DNA of 63,548 bases, filler included, from Perkinsus olseni (lineage: Eukaryota): the NCBI GenBank assembly GCA_013115125.1. It is 3 parts of 3 records of this genome, joined end to end, with 100 filler letters (N's around TTAATTAATTAA, not from the genome) between each part and the next. Parts side by side here need not be neighbours in the genome. Positions count along the whole stretch, not along the records: positions 42,464 to 63,548 come from JABANN010000561.1; 2 more parts are not named here. One strand, 5' to 3'. This document shows positions 59,761 to 63,548 of this stretch, piece by piece; the stretch's first letter is position 1, and each line of letters opens with the position of its first letter. Position numbers and translations under genes: made by a program. The notes under the pieces were generated by a model that did no database searches, was not told where the DNA came from, and worked only from the letters and a program-made list of their open reading frames with translations.

Positions 59761-61767
59761 TCAACTACGAAGGCTTCTCTGAGCGACGATGCCCTTGCAC
59801 TCGAGTTCACTTGGCACAACTTCCGCGAGATGTTGGGACAGCATCTCGTAATTGCACAGAGACCTGATACCAGAGCAGCATGGAGTCGCTCGGAGACATA
59901 GGGAAATAGACCTAGCCACGGGTCAAGTGCAAGAACTCCTCACCTGCCACGGCACTCTTCGATGGCCTCGACGAATGCCACTCTGCCGTTATAAATAAAA
60001 CGGACATTCTTGTCGGAGTAAATCTCCATTATGAGCATAGCGCCGAATGGAGGCCAGGTCTTAGCACACTCATTACCAGAATCCATCCCTAATAATAGGG
60101 GGGGGGGGTGCAAAGATCACACCGACGCATCACATCCTCCTACAGGTCAACTGGAGTGTATCCATAATAGAGATCGCCGGGCCAGTGTCATGACCGAGGT
60201 ACACGGATAAACGTCTGCCGCGGACGGTCAAATCCTCAAGTAAATCCTGGGAGAGTTCGAGTTATTCGGCAGTATCGCAGTTCCATCGGAGGGTCGAGCA
60301 GACCACCGCGTCCACAAAGAGCCCGAAAGCCTACTCCAATGAAAGGTCCAAAGGCGAGCTTCCGCATCTTATCAGAATGACCGTAACGATTGATGAACCA
60401 GAACCTGACGATTAGCAGGCGGCGGATATCTCAATCGGCTAGGGTTACAGGCCCTCCTGCTCAACATGTTTGAACACCGGAGCCGACGGACCGAGTCCCG
60501 AAGGCACATCCTTGGGCTCGCTAGGGACGGTAGAGCAAACATGAGTGGTCATGCAGTCCTGAAAAGGGAGGAGTGACTACAGCTGAAGCGGATCGCTATT
60601 AGTAGAGACCCACAAAGAGCGAGTCGTAAATACTGAGCATATCCCTCGTGTCATTAGTATTAAACTCCTCAGAGCGTCCGGTGATCCGTCCGAGAACCGC
60701 CCGCTCAGCGCTCGTCTGCTTCGCACGCCTCTTAGCGCCGGGCGCATCGTGAAACTCGTTGAGAGCATTCTTGAGCCGGGGGCACACCTGAAGCGAGACA
60801 GATGTTGAATGAGCATGTACTATCGAGCATGTTATTCCACCTTAACACAATGCGACTACTCACTGTGGCGCTGGGCGTCATGGGGTCGCTCTGTCTGTCA
60901 GGGATAATGATCGTCAGGTTCGATGGATCCACTGAGGAAATCAAGATGCTGTCTGGCGGGGTGAGAAGAGGATCATATATCAAGATATCTCACCATTGAC
61001 GATCTCCGGGAACATCCCCATGGCAAGGGCTTCAGCGCTTTGGTATACTCGAGGGACATCAGTCGAGCGGAACATGACCTCGGGCTCGCTTGGGATCTGA
61101 TGGAAGGACAGAGGCGATAGGAAGAGAGGGAATTGACGAGGATGAGACAATTGGCGATGACGTACCTCACCCAAACCCAAGGCAGCTTTGTAGGCAGCCC
61201 CAAGCTGCTTCCCATTAGCCAGATGCATCTGAACTCCTGAATGGACGAGTTGGCCTGAGGAGGAAGGCTGGCTACTCCAGAGAAGGCTGTGGGAGGGACA
61301 ACTCACCCAAGACGCAGCTGCCACCTGCCAACACGCCTCTCTTCCCACGAATCCGAGTGAAGCCGGGGGAGCGGCCTCCGGACGGACTGTGCGTGAAGCC
61401 CTGGAAGGCCCGAGTCGAGCATTTGTACCTGAACAAATGCGACTTGCTGGCAGAGACGAGCTGGCGCCGTCGAATACGGAGACGCTCCATCTAGGGCACC
61501 TTGTTTCATCGCCGATCCAGCAGGTCCTCTCAGCCCACGGCATTCGAGTACCATGACGCGCGAAAACGAGAACCCGTTCCTGGAAAGAACAGAATCCGAT
61601 GGGACTAGTCATAGGTAGCAACTGACCAGTTCTGCTCCGGAGCCGTCCTGTCGTGGAGGGACATCTGGCCACCTCATTTCTGAGTTACAATAGTAGATAG
61701 ATTCCTCTTCCGGAAAGCGATAAGCTTTCGCGGCAAATAGCAGCCCGAGGAGTGTCTCTGCCCACAT
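59761..61767 (-). CDS. Histidine acid phosphatase paralog, multi-exon
   Basis: MWAETLLGLLFAAKAYRFPEEE; RHGTR; GQLVHSG; FRSTDVPRVYQSA; YLGHD; PPFGAMLIMEIY; same exon structure as 54910-57023. Confidence 0.88.
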
Positions 61768-62738
61768 CCGCCAGGAGTAATAGTAGCCTACAAAGACAAC
61801 TCGTTAGGGAAAGTCTCGATAAAACTGGGTAGGCTGGGTGAAGACCCTTTCCCAAGGAGCAACCCCCTGGGGGAGGCAGTGCGAGGTGACCACGGGGCAA
61901 GCGTTGAAGTATCAGTGTCTCACAAATATCTGACGCCCCTCCGAAAACTATATCTCTCCGAAGCATATATTTTTCCACTACTGGGCGTGGTAGAGCACGC
62001 CGCACGAAAGAAGGCGCGAGCTTCGGTTTCGCTTGGATCGCGCGGCTTACTCGCGAACACGCGCTTAGCACAACGCGAGTGGCGTGACGTAACTCGGCTC
62101 ACGTCACCACGAATGGTCACAGAGCGTTGCCCTTGCCAGCTCCTGCTGCGTTGTGGCATTCGGGTGCATCAGCTGACATGGGACGCAACACACAGGGAGA
62201 GGTGTGCTAAGCCATTTATTCCATGGTGGAAGTGGTCTCGTCTCGAGCACAGCGGAGCGAAGCGCACCATGCTGTTTCATTTCGGCCACGACAGCAGCAT
62301 GCATGCTCGTGTTCATTCCCGAGACGCAGTGACGCACCCCCGAATTCTGTCGGGGGGAGCAGACGCTGTCACTATCTTCACACGCGCATCACTTACTCTT
62401 TTTTTGCTGGCTCTTTTCGCGCCGCGCGTGCATCTTTTTGCCGCCTCTCGATGGGCTAATTGCCTTGTTGGGTTGCTTGTCTCGGCACTGATCTCATCTT
62501 CGCGGCGGTTGGAAACAACCCATCTTTGGCGCCTCGTCCACTACCGGTAAACTCCTCGTCATTGCCATTACGAGAATGACTGACGTCCTCCAGCCAGATT
62601 CTCACGACGTGAATGAGAGCCGTACCCATAACGTGAACATGAGAATTCGGGAACTATGGATCAGGCTGGTCACATAACCCGAGGGAGACATCGCTGAGGA
62701 TTTGCCGCCCTCACTCAGCCGAAGCTCGCCGTCCACTC

Positions 62739-63045
62739 TCATTCGTCACTTTCAATCTTCCCCTCACCCAATAACAACAAGTTATTGTCTATAACGTGTA
62801 ACACCGTACGTCGTCGGCCTCTCCGTGATCTCGTACTAGAGAGACTGCAGATGAGAGCAGTAGAGCAGGCAATCGAGATGACGATTAACGGCACAAGAAG
62901 CATTGGAGTTAGCAGCAAACCCGACTTATGGTACGGGAAACACTGGTAGATGCTAAGAGTAGTCAGATGTATGGTAGTCAGCTGAGACACGAACGCCGCT
63001 GCCGCCGCCTCTCTGAGATCACATCCATCCTCCGCTTATAATACC
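62739..63045 (-). CDS. Probable last exon of a hypothetical membrane protein
   Basis: Open frame after an AG acceptor (~63045) with hydrophobic GLLLTPMLLVPLIVISIACSTALIC followed by a basic stretch; upstream exons unresolved. Confidence 0.35.
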
Positions 63046-63548
63046 TGAGGAAACTCAAGTGTCAGTACAGTCACTCCATTTACCGTACCGTCTCTCGCTT
63101 GAATTGTGAGCTTGCCGGGCACGGTACCAACAACTCATCCATTCACCAAGATCGTCGGCATCTTCGGCTGAGAACCTGATCAGCCAGGCGACGCGGTTAA
63201 CTCACTCTCAGTATACTAGCTCAGTTTACCTCCAGTGCAAAAGGGCGTATCTTTTGTGCGACTCCCACCAAGTTTCGTGTGGGAAGGAGACATCGTCACG
63301 ATGACGCCACTGGATGCTGAAAGAAATGTCACACGCCTCACACCAATGTCTCACTCAATGTCACGTGCCTTCTACACCTTCTCCCGAGCAAATAAAATGT
63401 TTTTTCATTTGATTTAAAAGGGCACGGAAAATCGAATTTCATTTTAAAAAAGTTTTTATCCACTTTAAATACTTGAGCAAATTTAAAATACTTGTGTCAC
63501 GCATATTAAATCTCACTTTCCATGCAATTTAGAATGCTCTACAGTAGT

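Noticed and set aside
61879-62550. 223-aa plus-strand ORF
   Set aside because: Non-ATG start, atypical composition and no motif; probably a chance ORF upstream of the phosphatase gene.
1-63548. Spliced-leader RNA genes or relics (ACCGTAGCCATYTTGGCTCAAG-like)
   Set aside because: Looked for by eye and none seen; a weak copy could have been missed.

Overview
Eukaryotic, intron-rich DNA (many short GT-AG introns, co-oriented gene blocks). The style is most consistent with a Perkinsus-like alveolate, which is an inference. The window is not one locus: two 100-nt N spacers containing TTAATTAATTAA (21175-21274, 42364-42463) join three ~21-kb contigs. Contig 1 (protein genes all on minus): a UPF1/DNA2-NAM7-type SF1 helicase with apparent dsRBD-like N-terminal modules and two intronic tRNA-Gln genes, a coiled-coil ORF, a UBA/PUB protein, Snf7/CHMP4 and a DMT/SLC35 transporter. 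Contig 2: a truncated tRNA-Pro, an IPT/TIG remnant and sortilin/VPS10, then a decaying ~0.8-kb tandem tRNA array (Leu-iMet-Gly-Val). One tRNA-Gly in the array is split by a Dada-type DDE transposon and also has a 164-bp TG..CA insertion with a 4-bp TSD 21 nt upstream. The contig ends with two LTR-retrotransposon relics (one with a CCCH-finger Gag, one with an LTR and tRNA-Ala PBS) and a secreted Gln/Glu-rich ORF. Contig 3: a WW-domain protein, a small membrane protein, Prp18, two hypothetical genes, a MIOS-like gene apparently lacking its WD40 part, and a histidine acid phosphatase cluster (two intact genes, two relics). All identifications come from reading motifs by eye, with no database searches; exon boundaries are approximate.
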